Assembly: GCA_028278265.1 (NCBI GenBank)
Contig: JANQET010000236.1
Coordinates: forward strand, 801 to 64,800
Reading direction: 5' to 3'
DNA length: 64,000 nt
Origin: Myxococcota bacterium
GTDB taxonomy: Bacteria > Myxococcota_A > Polyangia > JAAYKL01
Positions within the stretch are counted from its first letter, which is position 1. The number at the start of each line of letters is the position of its first letter. A program made the translations under genes and the position numbers. Shown here in pieces: positions 20,636 through 29,106 of the stretch. The notes beneath the pieces were generated by a model. It was not told the DNA's origin. It worked only from the letters and a program-made list of their open reading frames with translations, and did no database searches.

Positions 20636-21285
20636 CAACGCACCTCCTCTCTGCTTTGCCGGGTTTCTCGCGGTGAACCGGGGCCACGGGGATTGGGGAC
20701 GTAGCAAATCCGCTCCCCCTGACTGTCCTCGCCGTCGCAGACCATCCCGTCGAGACAATCGTCGTCCGATTGGCAGCGAATAACGCAATAGTATCGCATT
20801 CGCCCGTCCGCGCCCATGCGCTCGTAGCCGCAAAATTCGGTTCCCGGAGCGATGTCCGGGCAGTACTCCGGATCCGGGGTGAACCCGTTGCAGCATTCCG
20901 CGGCGCAATATCCCCTGATGGGATCGATCTCATCGATGATGATGCACCACGCTTCGTCCGAACAGTAATTGACTTGAACGTGACAGTACCCGCCCCACTC
21001 CTCGGCACCCATCGGCGCGTCACACTCAGCGGTATCGGTGTCCGCATCGGTGTCCGTATCGGTATCCGTGTCTGTATCGGTATCCGCGTCCGTGTCCGTA
21101 TCGGTATCCGCGTCCGCGTCCGTGTCCGTATCGGTATCCGCGTCCGCGTCCGTATCGGTATCCGTGTCCCCTGCGCCTCCGTCACATTCGGCGGTGTTGT
21201 CCTGCCAATCCGATTCGCCGTTGCACATGGCGACGCCAAAGAGACACCAGATCGCCCCGATGACTTGTGTGATGTTGTCTGTCAT
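20635..21285 (-). CDS. small secreted cysteine-rich protein with (DT/DA)n tract
   Basis: Signal peptide MTDNITQVIGAIWCLFGVAMC. About 20 Cys in 216 aa. Its stop TGA overlaps the ATG of the downstream PA-domain gene (ATGA). Confidence 0.55.
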   Translation of the reverse strand: MTDNITQVIGAIWCLFGVAMCNGESDWQDNTAECDGGAGDTDTDTDADADTDTDTDADADTDTDTDADTDTDTDTDTDTDADTDTAECDAPMGAEEWGGYCHVQVNYCSDEAWCIIIDEIDPIRGYCAAECCNGFTPDPEYCPDIAPGTEFCGYERMGADGRMRYYCVIRCQSDDDCLDGMVCDGEDSQGERICYVPNPRGPGSPRETRQSREEVR

Positions 21286-21316
21286 TGGTCACCAACGTTC
21301 GTTGAGGTCATTGTCG

Positions 21317-23008
21317 TTACTCCAGCAAATCGAAATAAATTTGAGGCTTTTTGCGTTCGAGCGCCGTTTCGACCACCCGGGCCAGGCGCAAGAGGGTGTG
21401 CTCCTGCCAGTGCCGACCGAGCGCCTGGAGGCCCACCGGTAAACCATCATCGTTGTAACCGGCGGGAAACGAAATCGCCGGATATCCACCAAAATTGCCC
21501 GCCAGGACGAAGCGCATGATCTCGGTCAGGACCACCAGATCGGATTCGCCGGATCCCAGCGCGCGGGGGTTGATCGGCGGCGCGGTGCAGCCGGTGGTGG
21601 GCGTGAGGATGACGTCCACCTGCTCCAATGCGTCGCTAAAGGCGCGCATCACCTCCGCGCGAACCCGCTGCGCTTTGACATAGTCACTGCTGGTGAAGTG
21701 GCGGGCCAGGGCCAGGTTGATGCGAATATCGAGACCGAAATCCCGACGATGGTCGCGGTAATGGGGCTCCATCGCGCTGACCATCTCGGCGGCAATCGTC
21801 AGTAAGTGACCGATGCGGAGTTGTTCCAGTCCGGGGATTTCAACCGCTTTGAGGGTCGCCCCTTTGTCGGTGATGAGGTGCAGGGTGTGCTCGCATTCCC
21901 GGACAACGCTCGCCTCGGCATCGCGAAACCAGGGCTCGTACACGCCGACGGTCATGCCGGTGAGATCCGAGGCGTCCACTTCTTGAAGGTGTACCGGCGG
22001 TTGAATCATTGTTTGTCGATCGTTCGAATCCGGGCCGGCGATAACGGCGTAGGCCAGGGCCACATCGGTCGCGGTTGCGCCCAGTGGGCCCCCATGGGTG
22101 ACGCTCCAACAGATCGGGGTTGTGCCGAATTCGCTGATCCGGGCGTAGGTCGGCTTGAGCCCCACCACACCGCAAAAAGCGGCCGGAATTCGAATGGATC
22201 CACCGCCGTCGGCGCCGATGGCTACCGGACATAGGCCGGACGCCACACTAACCCCTGCGCCGCTGGACGATCCACCGGGATAGTGCTCGGGATGGTAGGG
22301 ATTGCGCGGCGTGCCGAAGTGGGGATTGAGCCCGGTCACGCCGAGCCCGATTTCGTGCATGTTCGATTTTCCGATCAGCAGTGCTCCGGCCTCCCGCAGG
22401 CGGGCCACCACGGTGGCGTCGCGCTCGGCGGGTTTTGTACCGAGGAATTTCGTGCCGACCCGGGTATGGAAAGGCACCTGGTCGAATTGATCCTTCACGC
22501 TGACCGGTACGCCGTCAAATACGGAGAGGGGCGTTCCCTTGTTGAATCTCACTGAGGAGCGCTCTGCCTGTTGCAACAAATCCTCGGCACGCCATTCGAC
22601 CAGCGCGCCCAGAGGCGGCTCGCTGTTTTCGGACGCATCAATGCCCTGGAGGACCCGATCGGCGACCTCGGTGGGTGTCACCGATCCGCAGCGGTAAGCA
22701 GAGGCAAAGTCGAAGACCGTCCGGAACGTGAACCCGGGGGGCGCTTGCGGGGTGGACTGCAGCACTGCCTCGATACGATCTGAATCGATGGGAGTGCGCT
22801 GCAGATCGGCCGGCGCCGGCGGCTCGATTGGCTTCAACACCGGAGCGCTCTTGGGCAGGAGGGTGCGAAAGCCGCTAATCCCCATATCCCGGAAGAGGCT
22901 GGGGCGCAGCAATCGGGAGAAGGCGCCGGTTTCAATCAGTGCGGTGAAGATCCTCAGCGGCCAGCCCGACAGGCGGGGCGCTTTTGCGGGTTTGAGATCG
23001 TAGACCAT
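21317..23008 (-). CDS. amidase signature (AS) family amidase
   Basis: GGSSSGAGVSVASGLCPVAIGADGGGSIRIPAAFCG AS motif. Real start ATG at 23008 (MVYDLKPAK) with GAGGGGAA RBS. The track ORF to 23410 reads through the opposite-strand repeat region. Confidence 0.85.
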   Translation of the reverse strand: MVYDLKPAKAPRLSGWPLRIFTALIETGAFSRLLRPSLFRDMGISGFRTLLPKSAPVLKPIEPPAPADLQRTPIDSDRIEAVLQSTPQAPPGFTFRTVFDFASAYRCGSVTPTEVADRVLQGIDASENSEPPLGALVEWRAEDLLQQAERSSVRFNKGTPLSVFDGVPVSVKDQFDQVPFHTRVGTKFLGTKPAERDATVVARLREAGALLIGKSNMHEIGLGVTGLNPHFGTPRNPYHPEHYPGGSSSGAGVSVASGLCPVAIGADGGGSIRIPAAFCGVVGLKPTYARISEFGTTPICWSVTHGGPLGATATDVALAYAVIAGPDSNDRQTMIQPPVHLQEVDASDLTGMTVGVYEPWFRDAEASVVRECEHTLHLITDKGATLKAVEIPGLEQLRIGHLLTIAAEMVSAMEPHYRDHRRDFGLDIRINLALARHFTSSDYVKAQRVRAEVMRAFSDALEQVDVILTPTTGCTAPPINPRALGSGESDLVVLTEIMRFVLAGNFGGYPAISFPAGYNDDGLPVGLQALGRHWQEHTLLRLARVVETALERKKPQIYFDLLE

Positions 23009-23096
23009 GCGCACCGTTCCCCTCACTTTGACAATTGTCGGATGGTATCGAGTTTCCCTACACGGGGTCAATGGCCGATTGGGCCGGGATAGGATC

Positions 23097-25058
23097 TCAG
23101 CGACCGGGGGAGATGAGAGTGATGAATTTGACGAGGAGAGTGCTGTATCGGCTGCTGCCCGTTGAACGACAGTTGCAGCTGCCCTCACTGGAGTCGCCAT
23201 CGTCGTCCCCGTCGGCGTCCCCATCCCCATCGCCGTCCGCGTCCCCGTCGCTATCGGTATCGGTATCGGCGTCGCTGTCCGCATCGGCGTCGCTGTCACT
23301 GTCCGCATCGGCGTCGCTGTCACTGTCCGCATCGGCGTCCCCGTCGCTATCGGTATCGGCGTCGCTGTCACTGTCCGCATCGGCGTCGCTGTCGCTGTCT
23401 GTGTCAGCATCGCTGTCGCTGTCCGAATCGGCGTCGCCGCTGCCGTCGAGGGCCTCGATCGCCGCCCGGATGTTGGGGAGGGGGCCGATGTGTCCGCCGC
23501 TACCCTGGGGTATCCCGGTTTCGACGAGGAGCTCCCGCATCTCGACCGAGGTCAGCGGATGGCCCAGCTCTTGAATGGCGAACTCCTGAACGAGTGCCAC
23601 GGCCGAGGTGGCAATCGGCCCGGCCGAGCTCGTGCCGCTGAAACTGGAGGTGTACTCCTGGTTGGGATCATTGCCGTAGGTGGCAAATCCCCCATAGCCG
23701 AGGGTAAAGACGTTTTGCCCCCATCCCTGGATATGAACGCATGAGCCGTAGGTGCTGAAATCGAGCTTATTGTGCTGGGTGTTCGACGATCCCGCTCCCA
23801 CGCGGATGGCGCCGTTGTCTCCGCGGGCGTTGTACTCATCGTAGGTCGGCGAATCCATATTTTGATTGCCGTTGCCAGCCGTCTGTACCACGATAATGCC
23901 CGCATCGACAGCTTCCTTGACGAGATCCCAGTTGGCCTTGGGGATGTCGGGCACCCCACCGTTGCCACGCTGCATCTCCATCAACATGATGTCTCCGATG
24001 TCCAAATCCTCGATCGCCGCGGCGAGAATCTGCGTGTCCCCGTGCACCACCGAGTACACCAGCCCGGATGCTTCGGGCACACTGCCCTGGATGCCGTAAC
24101 CGTTTTCACCGGCGAGCAACAACCCCATTACCGCGGTGCCGTGATCTTCGTAGTCGTTTGTTTGCCAGGGTAGGCCATAGGCGATGTCCTGCTGGTGTAG
24201 ATCTTCGTGAACATCCTCATCGGCGTGGTCCAGCGCGCCCCAGCTGTGCTCGTGGTCCGTGATCGTCAGGCCCGCTCCCCGCAGTCCGAGGCTCCAGGCA
24301 TAGTCCACGTCGATGCCCGGATCCGGACCGCGGTAATCCTGCTCGCCGACCAGATCCGGTGTGGTCGGGGCGAAGTCGACCGGTGGGGGCTCGGGGTGCG
24401 CCGGATCAACCGATGCGTACTGAACCTCGGCCAACCCCTTGAGCGCCGCGGCCACTTCGAGCAGGCGTTGGGCAGGCCCGTTGCCCATCGTAACGGTCAG
24501 GAGCCCGGAGAACTCGAGCAGGTTGAAGCCCTTGTGGTCGGGGAGATGACGGCGTACCGGATCGCGGAGCCGTTGGCGCTGCTCGCCACGGAGCAATACA
24601 GCGCGTGCAAAGCGCAGGTCATAGCGGTCGATCAATTCCTGTACTGGGGCCCGTGGGCGTTGTCCGGACAACCGCAACGTGCCGTTTTCGTCCACATCAG
24701 CGATATACGCCGGATGAAATTTCACGATGAGTCGGTACTCCGACACTCCGGGAAGCAGGCGATGCCCGCCGAGGAGCCGCCGAAAAGCGTCATCCGGCCG
24801 GCCGCCGATGATCGCTCGGAGGCTCGTTTCCAATCGGTCGAGTGTGGCCATTGCCCGCCCGGTGGAACGTCGCTCGCCCAACAGCCGACGTGCCTCAACG
24901 AGATGGGACAACGTCTGTTTCAAGGCGGCCTGCTGATAAGGGTTGGCAGCATCCCCGATGGTTTGACCGGCAGGCTCGGCCGCCATGGCGCCGCTCGCCC
25001 AGAGCCCGACCAGTAAGCCGATCAGCAGGGCCCAAAAGAACCAGTTTTCTTTTTTCAT
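23097..25058 (-). CDS. secreted subtilisin-like serine protease (S8) with C-terminal (DSD/DAD)n linker and Cys-containing hydrophobic tail
   Basis: HGTAVMGLL (His) and [12 protein letters not shown] (Ser) motifs. Real start at 25058 ([16 protein letters not shown] signal peptide) with GAGGAGG RBS. C-terminus [13 protein letters not shown]...[28 protein letters not shown]. Confidence 0.85.
   Translation of the reverse strand: MKKENWFFWALLIGLLVGLWASGAMAAEPAGQTIGDAANPYQQAALKQTLSHLVEARRLLGERRSTGRAMATLDRLETSLRAIIGGRPDDAFRRLLGGHRLLPGVSEYRLIVKFHPAYIADVDENGTLRLSGQRPRAPVQELIDRYDLRFARAVLLRGEQRQRLRDPVRRHLPDHKGFNLLEFSGLLTVTMGNGPAQRLLEVAAALKGLAEVQYASVDPAHPEPPPVDFAPTTPDLVGEQDYRGPDPGIDVDYAWSLGLRGAGLTITDHEHSWGALDHADEDVHEDLHQQDIAYGLPWQTNDYEDHGTAVMGLLLAGENGYGIQGSVPEASGLVYSVVHGDTQILAAAIEDLDIGDIMLMEMQRGNGGVPDIPKANWDLVKEAVDAGIIVVQTAGNGNQNMDSPTYDEYNARGDNGAIRVGAGSSNTQHNKLDFSTYGSCVHIQGWGQNVFTLGYGGFATYGNDPNQEYTSSFSGTSSAGPIATSAVALVQEFAIQELGHPLTSVEMRELLVETGIPQGSGGHIGPLPNIRAAIEALDGSGDADSDSDSDADTDSDSDADADSDSDADTDSDGDADADSDSDADADSDSDADADSDADTDTDSDGDADGDGDGDADGDDDGDSSEGSCNCRSTGSSRYSTLLVKFITLISPGR
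23190..23450 (-). repeat. (GAC-AGC/GCC-GAT)n coding repeat (DSD/DAD linker of the subtilase)
   Basis: Seen directly; it generates long spurious ORFs in several frames. Confidence 0.9.
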
Positions 25059-25291
25059 ATTCAACCTCCTCGAACCCGTGAACAGTCCAGAAAACTCAAC
25101 GAGATGTGCTGCAGAATGGCAAAATGGGGTTTTAGTCAGGTACTCCTTGCGATATTGATCCCAGCACTGCGGTCCGCGATATTTTATCAGAAATCTGGCA
25201 ACCGCGTCTTGAATTGGCTTATCGCTGAGGTGCACATTTTTGCACAACCCGATTGGGATTTTGCGAATGGGATTTTGCGAAAGGGAGAACG

Positions 25292-26491
25292 ATGTTTACC
25301 AAAGGAACGCTCAACAAGTATGCCCAAGTACTGCTCTGGGGGCTACGCACCGCCCGTCAGCAACGGTTCAAAAAGCAGGACATTGTACTGCTTCGCTACC
25401 ACCGTCCCGCCTTGCCGTTGGCCGAGGTGTTGTACCGCGTGCTGATTGAGGAGGGGTTCAATCCGGTCCAGCGAATGGTCGAAACGCCGACCATGGAGCA
25501 GAGTTTTTTCGAGCTCGCCAATGCGCGTCAATTGGTTTTCCAGGCACCGGGGTCGACTTCGTTTTACCGCCGGTTGAGCGGAACGATCTACCTGCACGCG
25601 CCGGAATCCCTGACCCACCTGAGCAACATCGACCTCAAATCGATCGGCAAAGCCGCGTTGGCGCGAAAACCGCTGCGCGATATCCTCGATAAGAGAGAAG
25701 AACGGGGGGAATTGGGCTGGACCCTTTGCGCCTACCCCACCCCTGAGTTGGCACGCCATGCCAAGCTGAGTCTCGCTCAGTACGAAGCGCAGATAAAGAA
25801 AGCCTGTTTCCTCAATACCCGCGATCCGGTGGCCAAGTGGCAAGAGGTCTTCGCCGAAGCAAACCGGATCAAACAGTGGCTGAACGGTATGGAGGTCACC
25901 CGGTTTCACATCGAGTCGGCGAATACGGATTTGTGGATCGCACCGGGTCAAAAACGCAAATGGATCGGGGTTTCGGGACACAACATCCCCAGCTTCGAGC
26001 TGTTCATTTCGCCCGATTATCGCGGCACGCAGGGGGTCTACTACGCCGATCAGCCGTCCTATCGGAGCGGGAACTGCGTCGAGGGACTTCGCCTGGAGTT
26101 CAAGAACGGTCGAATCGTCAAGCTCCGAGCGCGAAAAGGACGCCGCTTCGCCCAAAAGCAATTTGCCATCGATCGGGGGGCGAGTCGGGTCGGCGAGTTT
26201 TCACTGACCGATAAACGGTTTTCAAAGATTGATACCTTTATGGCCGACACCCTGTTCGACGAAAACTACGGCGGGAAATACGGCAATTGCCATATCGCCC
26301 TCGGTGCCGCCTATTCCGCCACCTTCGACGGCAATCCCGCCAGGCTCACAAAGGTGGTGAAAAACAAACTCGGATTCAATGATTCTGCGCTCCATTGGGA
26401 CATCGTGAACACCGAACAGAAGCGGGTCACGGCGGTGCTCCGGGGGGGGCAGAAGATCGTGATATACGAAAATGGCAAATTTAAATGCTAG
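25292..26491 (+). CDS. M29 family aminopeptidase (AmpS/aminopeptidase T-like)
   Basis: Full-length similarity to thermophilic-metalloprotease family (M29) aminopeptidases. ATG at 25292 with GGGAGAA RBS. Confidence 0.8.
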   Translation: MFTKGTLNKYAQVLLWGLRTARQQRFKKQDIVLLRYHRPALPLAEVLYRVLIEEGFNPVQRMVETPTMEQSFFELANARQLVFQAPGSTSFYRRLSGTIYLHAPESLTHLSNIDLKSIGKAALARKPLRDILDKREERGELGWTLCAYPTPELARHAKLSLAQYEAQIKKACFLNTRDPVAKWQEVFAEANRIKQWLNGMEVTRFHIESANTDLWIAPGQKRKWIGVSGHNIPSFELFISPDYRGTQGVYYADQPSYRSGNCVEGLRLEFKNGRIVKLRARKGRRFAQKQFAIDRGASRVGEFSLTDKRFSKIDTFMADTLFDENYGGKYGNCHIALGAAYSATFDGNPARLTKVVKNKLGFNDSALHWDIVNTEQKRVTAVLRGGQKIVIYENGKFKC

Positions 26492-27708
26492 AGAGAGCCT
26501 TGCACTTGAAGTAGCAGCAGGTTGTCGTCGAGGTCCGGTTGGGCTGGATCGGTGGTGTGTTTGTTCATGTAGTTGAGCTGCAGTTTGAGCAGCTTGTCCA
26601 ATTGATAGGTGACGGCCAGTACCCAGTCTTTTTGGGTGACGGGCTGGTTTGATTCGTTCCACTCCTGTTGGTAGTGCGCCAGACGCACGCCCAATTCGAA
26701 GCGGTGTCTCTGCCGGAATGAATCGGGCATCCCTCTGAAAAGCAATGGGTTGAGGTGCCAGAGCAGCCGGCATTCCCAGCCCGAGTATCGGAGGTCGATC
26801 CGTCCGTCGTCGTCGTAGTCGTCGCGGATGTCTCCTCGGCCGTAGAGGCCCCTGAGGCGGATGCCGGTTCCCGGAAGGTGCAGTGTGGCGTCACCGGAGG
26901 CGGCGATCCGCTTGATGTCGACAACTTTGCGACCCGAGTTGAACACCATGTTGTCGTGCCAATTGACAGCGGCGTGTCCCCCGATCGTCAACAAATAGAA
27001 CAAGTCAGCCGCCTCCAGACGCAGCCCGTAAAAAAGCTGACCCGGATTGGTCAGGATGTACTCCGGTTTGGCCCGACCGGAGATAAATTGGTTGGCCCCC
27101 AGCCCATTGCCCGCCATGAGAAAATAGCCCAACCGACCGAAGGTGATATCCACCGTCCCCTTGAGCGCCAAACCCATGTCGCGCAGGTAACAGTGCACGC
27201 TATAAAACAGCGAAGAGGGGTAGGTCGTGCGCGAAAGGGAAAAGTCCACCAGGGATTCGGTGATTCTCGGGCGGAAGATGAAATCCAGTTCACTCGCCGG
27301 GGTCAACGCCTCGGCCGGTGCGGGTACTTTGAGTTGTCCGATGTACAGGGACAACCAGGGCGCCAGGTGCAGCCCGATGTTGAGATCCAACAGGCTCGTG
27401 CTTTTTTCCAGCCGGAGCTGGACGTTGAGGGAAACCCTGTTGTCCAACACCAGTTGTCTTGCGCCGATACGGGCGCGATTGATCGAGAATCCGGTGGTGT
27501 AGGTTGCCGCTGCGTCCCGGCTGGGAAACTGATACAGCTCCTCGGCCTCCTCCATTTGCTCGACAACGGTGAACCAGAACTGGGCGTGTCCGTAGACGCG
27601 AAGGGTGTCGGTGACGTCGTACGCGCGCGCGGCGGGTACCGCCAGCAGCAGCGCCAGGGCGAATAAGGGACTTTTACGGGGGCGCCTAAGGGGTGATGCC
27701 GTAGCCAT
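26488..27708 (-). CDS. outer-membrane beta-barrel (porin-like) protein
   Basis: Signal peptide MATASPLRRPRKSPLFALALLLAVPAARA, then alternating amphipathic beta-strand pattern with aromatic girdle residues. Confidence 0.45.
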   Translation of the reverse strand: MATASPLRRPRKSPLFALALLLAVPAARAYDVTDTLRVYGHAQFWFTVVEQMEEAEELYQFPSRDAAATYTTGFSINRARIGARQLVLDNRVSLNVQLRLEKSTSLLDLNIGLHLAPWLSLYIGQLKVPAPAEALTPASELDFIFRPRITESLVDFSLSRTTYPSSLFYSVHCYLRDMGLALKGTVDITFGRLGYFLMAGNGLGANQFISGRAKPEYILTNPGQLFYGLRLEAADLFYLLTIGGHAAVNWHDNMVFNSGRKVVDIKRIAASGDATLHLPGTGIRLRGLYGRGDIRDDYDDDGRIDLRYSGWECRLLWHLNPLLFRGMPDSFRQRHRFELGVRLAHYQQEWNESNQPVTQKDWVLAVTYQLDKLLKLQLNYMNKHTTDPAQPDLDDNLLLLQVQGSL

Positions 27709-28876
27709 AAACGATGACCGACGCGGAATCGATAAAGGCCCAGCCCCCATTTTGATGGTCGAAATCCTCGTACCCTGCCGGCAGCGGATTGATGCGGATG
27801 CCCGTTACCCCGCGAACCATCGCCCCGGCGTTGTGATCCTTGCTGTCGTCGTAGTCGTGCCCGTCGTCGCATTCGGTGGGGGAGTACTTCGATCCTCGAT
27901 CCGGCATTCCCGGGTCTGATTGGGGGACGACAATGCGGAACGGGCCTTCGCCGTTGATCCGACCCGAAGTGATGTCCAGATTGCAGATCTCCATGGCCAA
28001 TCCGTCGCGCTGGTAGGCCAGGGTGAGCCACTGCTCGCCAGGGCTCTCTCCCCCGTCAACCAGCCCCTCTGGCAACGTGTCGGGGTAGTTTACAAAGCCG
28101 CATTGGGGGCCCAACGTGGCGTTGTCCAGCCCGGCGAAGTAGAGCCCCGCCGGGAAAGGATAGAGGATCTCCGCGCTTGGGAAGTCCTTCATGTAACCGT
28201 CCGGAGCGAACACGGTGATCCCTTGAATCCCCGTATCGGTCGGATCGACGCCGGCGGCGGTGAGCAAATCGACAATCCGAACGCCGCGGTAGGAGGCGTA
28301 GTCGTCGTACTCCTGTTTGTGGGAGTTGGCCAACAGGAACTGGTCATGGGCTGCCAAGCCCTGCAACTCCGCCATCGTGAACGTGACCGCCGGAGCGACC
28401 TCCTGTCCCGGTTTGGAATTTGCGTCGCCCGGGTATTTCGAGTCGGTGATCTCCTCGTCGTTGGTGAAGCCGTCCCCGTCCGCATCAGCGGAACCGATTT
28501 CCGAGAGCGCCTCGACAGAGCGTCCGGCACCGACATACTGCGCGCCGTAGGGGTTGAGGGTCTGCGCCGTGCCGGTCGGTTGGGGTTCGTTGTAGTCCGG
28601 TGACGGATGCTGAATCAGGTGACAGAAGTCGCATGGATTGGTGTAGACCGTGACGGTTTGCCCGCCCTTGTCGAATGTGAATGTCCCCCCTGTGTGACAG
28701 GTCTGGCAGTCATCCAGGCGGGTGCCGATGGTCGCCGGATAAGCGGTCGCGAAATGGTTCATATCCACGTCGCTCTCATGGCCCTTGTACGCCCGCGAGG
28801 AAAAGTGGTCTTTGATGTCGTCCTCAGAGCAACCCAGCAGGCAGGTGATCAACAGCAGTAGTGTGGTTCGGTTCAT
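27686..28876 (-). CDS. lipoprotein with two CxxCH c-type haem-binding motifs and a large C-terminal domain of unknown function
   Basis: Lipobox LLGCSE. CQTCH and CDFCH motifs. C-terminal domain with GEGPFRIVVP motif. Confidence 0.55.
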   Translation of the reverse strand: MNRTTLLLLITCLLGCSEDDIKDHFSSRAYKGHESDVDMNHFATAYPATIGTRLDDCQTCHTGGTFTFDKGGQTVTVYTNPCDFCHLIQHPSPDYNEPQPTGTAQTLNPYGAQYVGAGRSVEALSEIGSADADGDGFTNDEEITDSKYPGDANSKPGQEVAPAVTFTMAELQGLAAHDQFLLANSHKQEYDDYASYRGVRIVDLLTAAGVDPTDTGIQGITVFAPDGYMKDFPSAEILYPFPAGLYFAGLDNATLGPQCGFVNYPDTLPEGLVDGGESPGEQWLTLAYQRDGLAMEICNLDITSGRINGEGPFRIVVPQSDPGMPDRGSKYSPTECDDGHDYDDSKDHNAGAMVRGVTGIRINPLPAGYEDFDHQNGGWAFIDSASVIVYGYGITP

Positions 28877-29106
28877 GTCGGATCTCCTTTGTCCCCCTCC
28901 TTGAGAGACCGCGTCTATCGCAGTGTTCGGGTGTTATCAAGAAAATAATGACAAAAAATAACCGATAATAACTTATGGGCCCACGATTGTGGAGAGACCA
29001 ATCCGCAAAATGAACCTCTCCTGTCGAATGGGGTGCAGCGATGATGGATGAGAGAACCGACGGTTACTGACAGGGTTCAGATGGGGGTCAACCCATCGGG
29101 TGTGGG

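Noticed and set aside
23035-23641. Plus-strand ORFs (SPSPSASPS…, RRPRRYRYR…) and the N-terminal 134 aa of the track's amidase ORF ([11 protein letters not shown]…)
   Set aside because: These are alternative-frame or antisense translations of the subtilase's C-terminal DSD/DAD repeat. The amidase has a good RBS and a conserved start at 23008.
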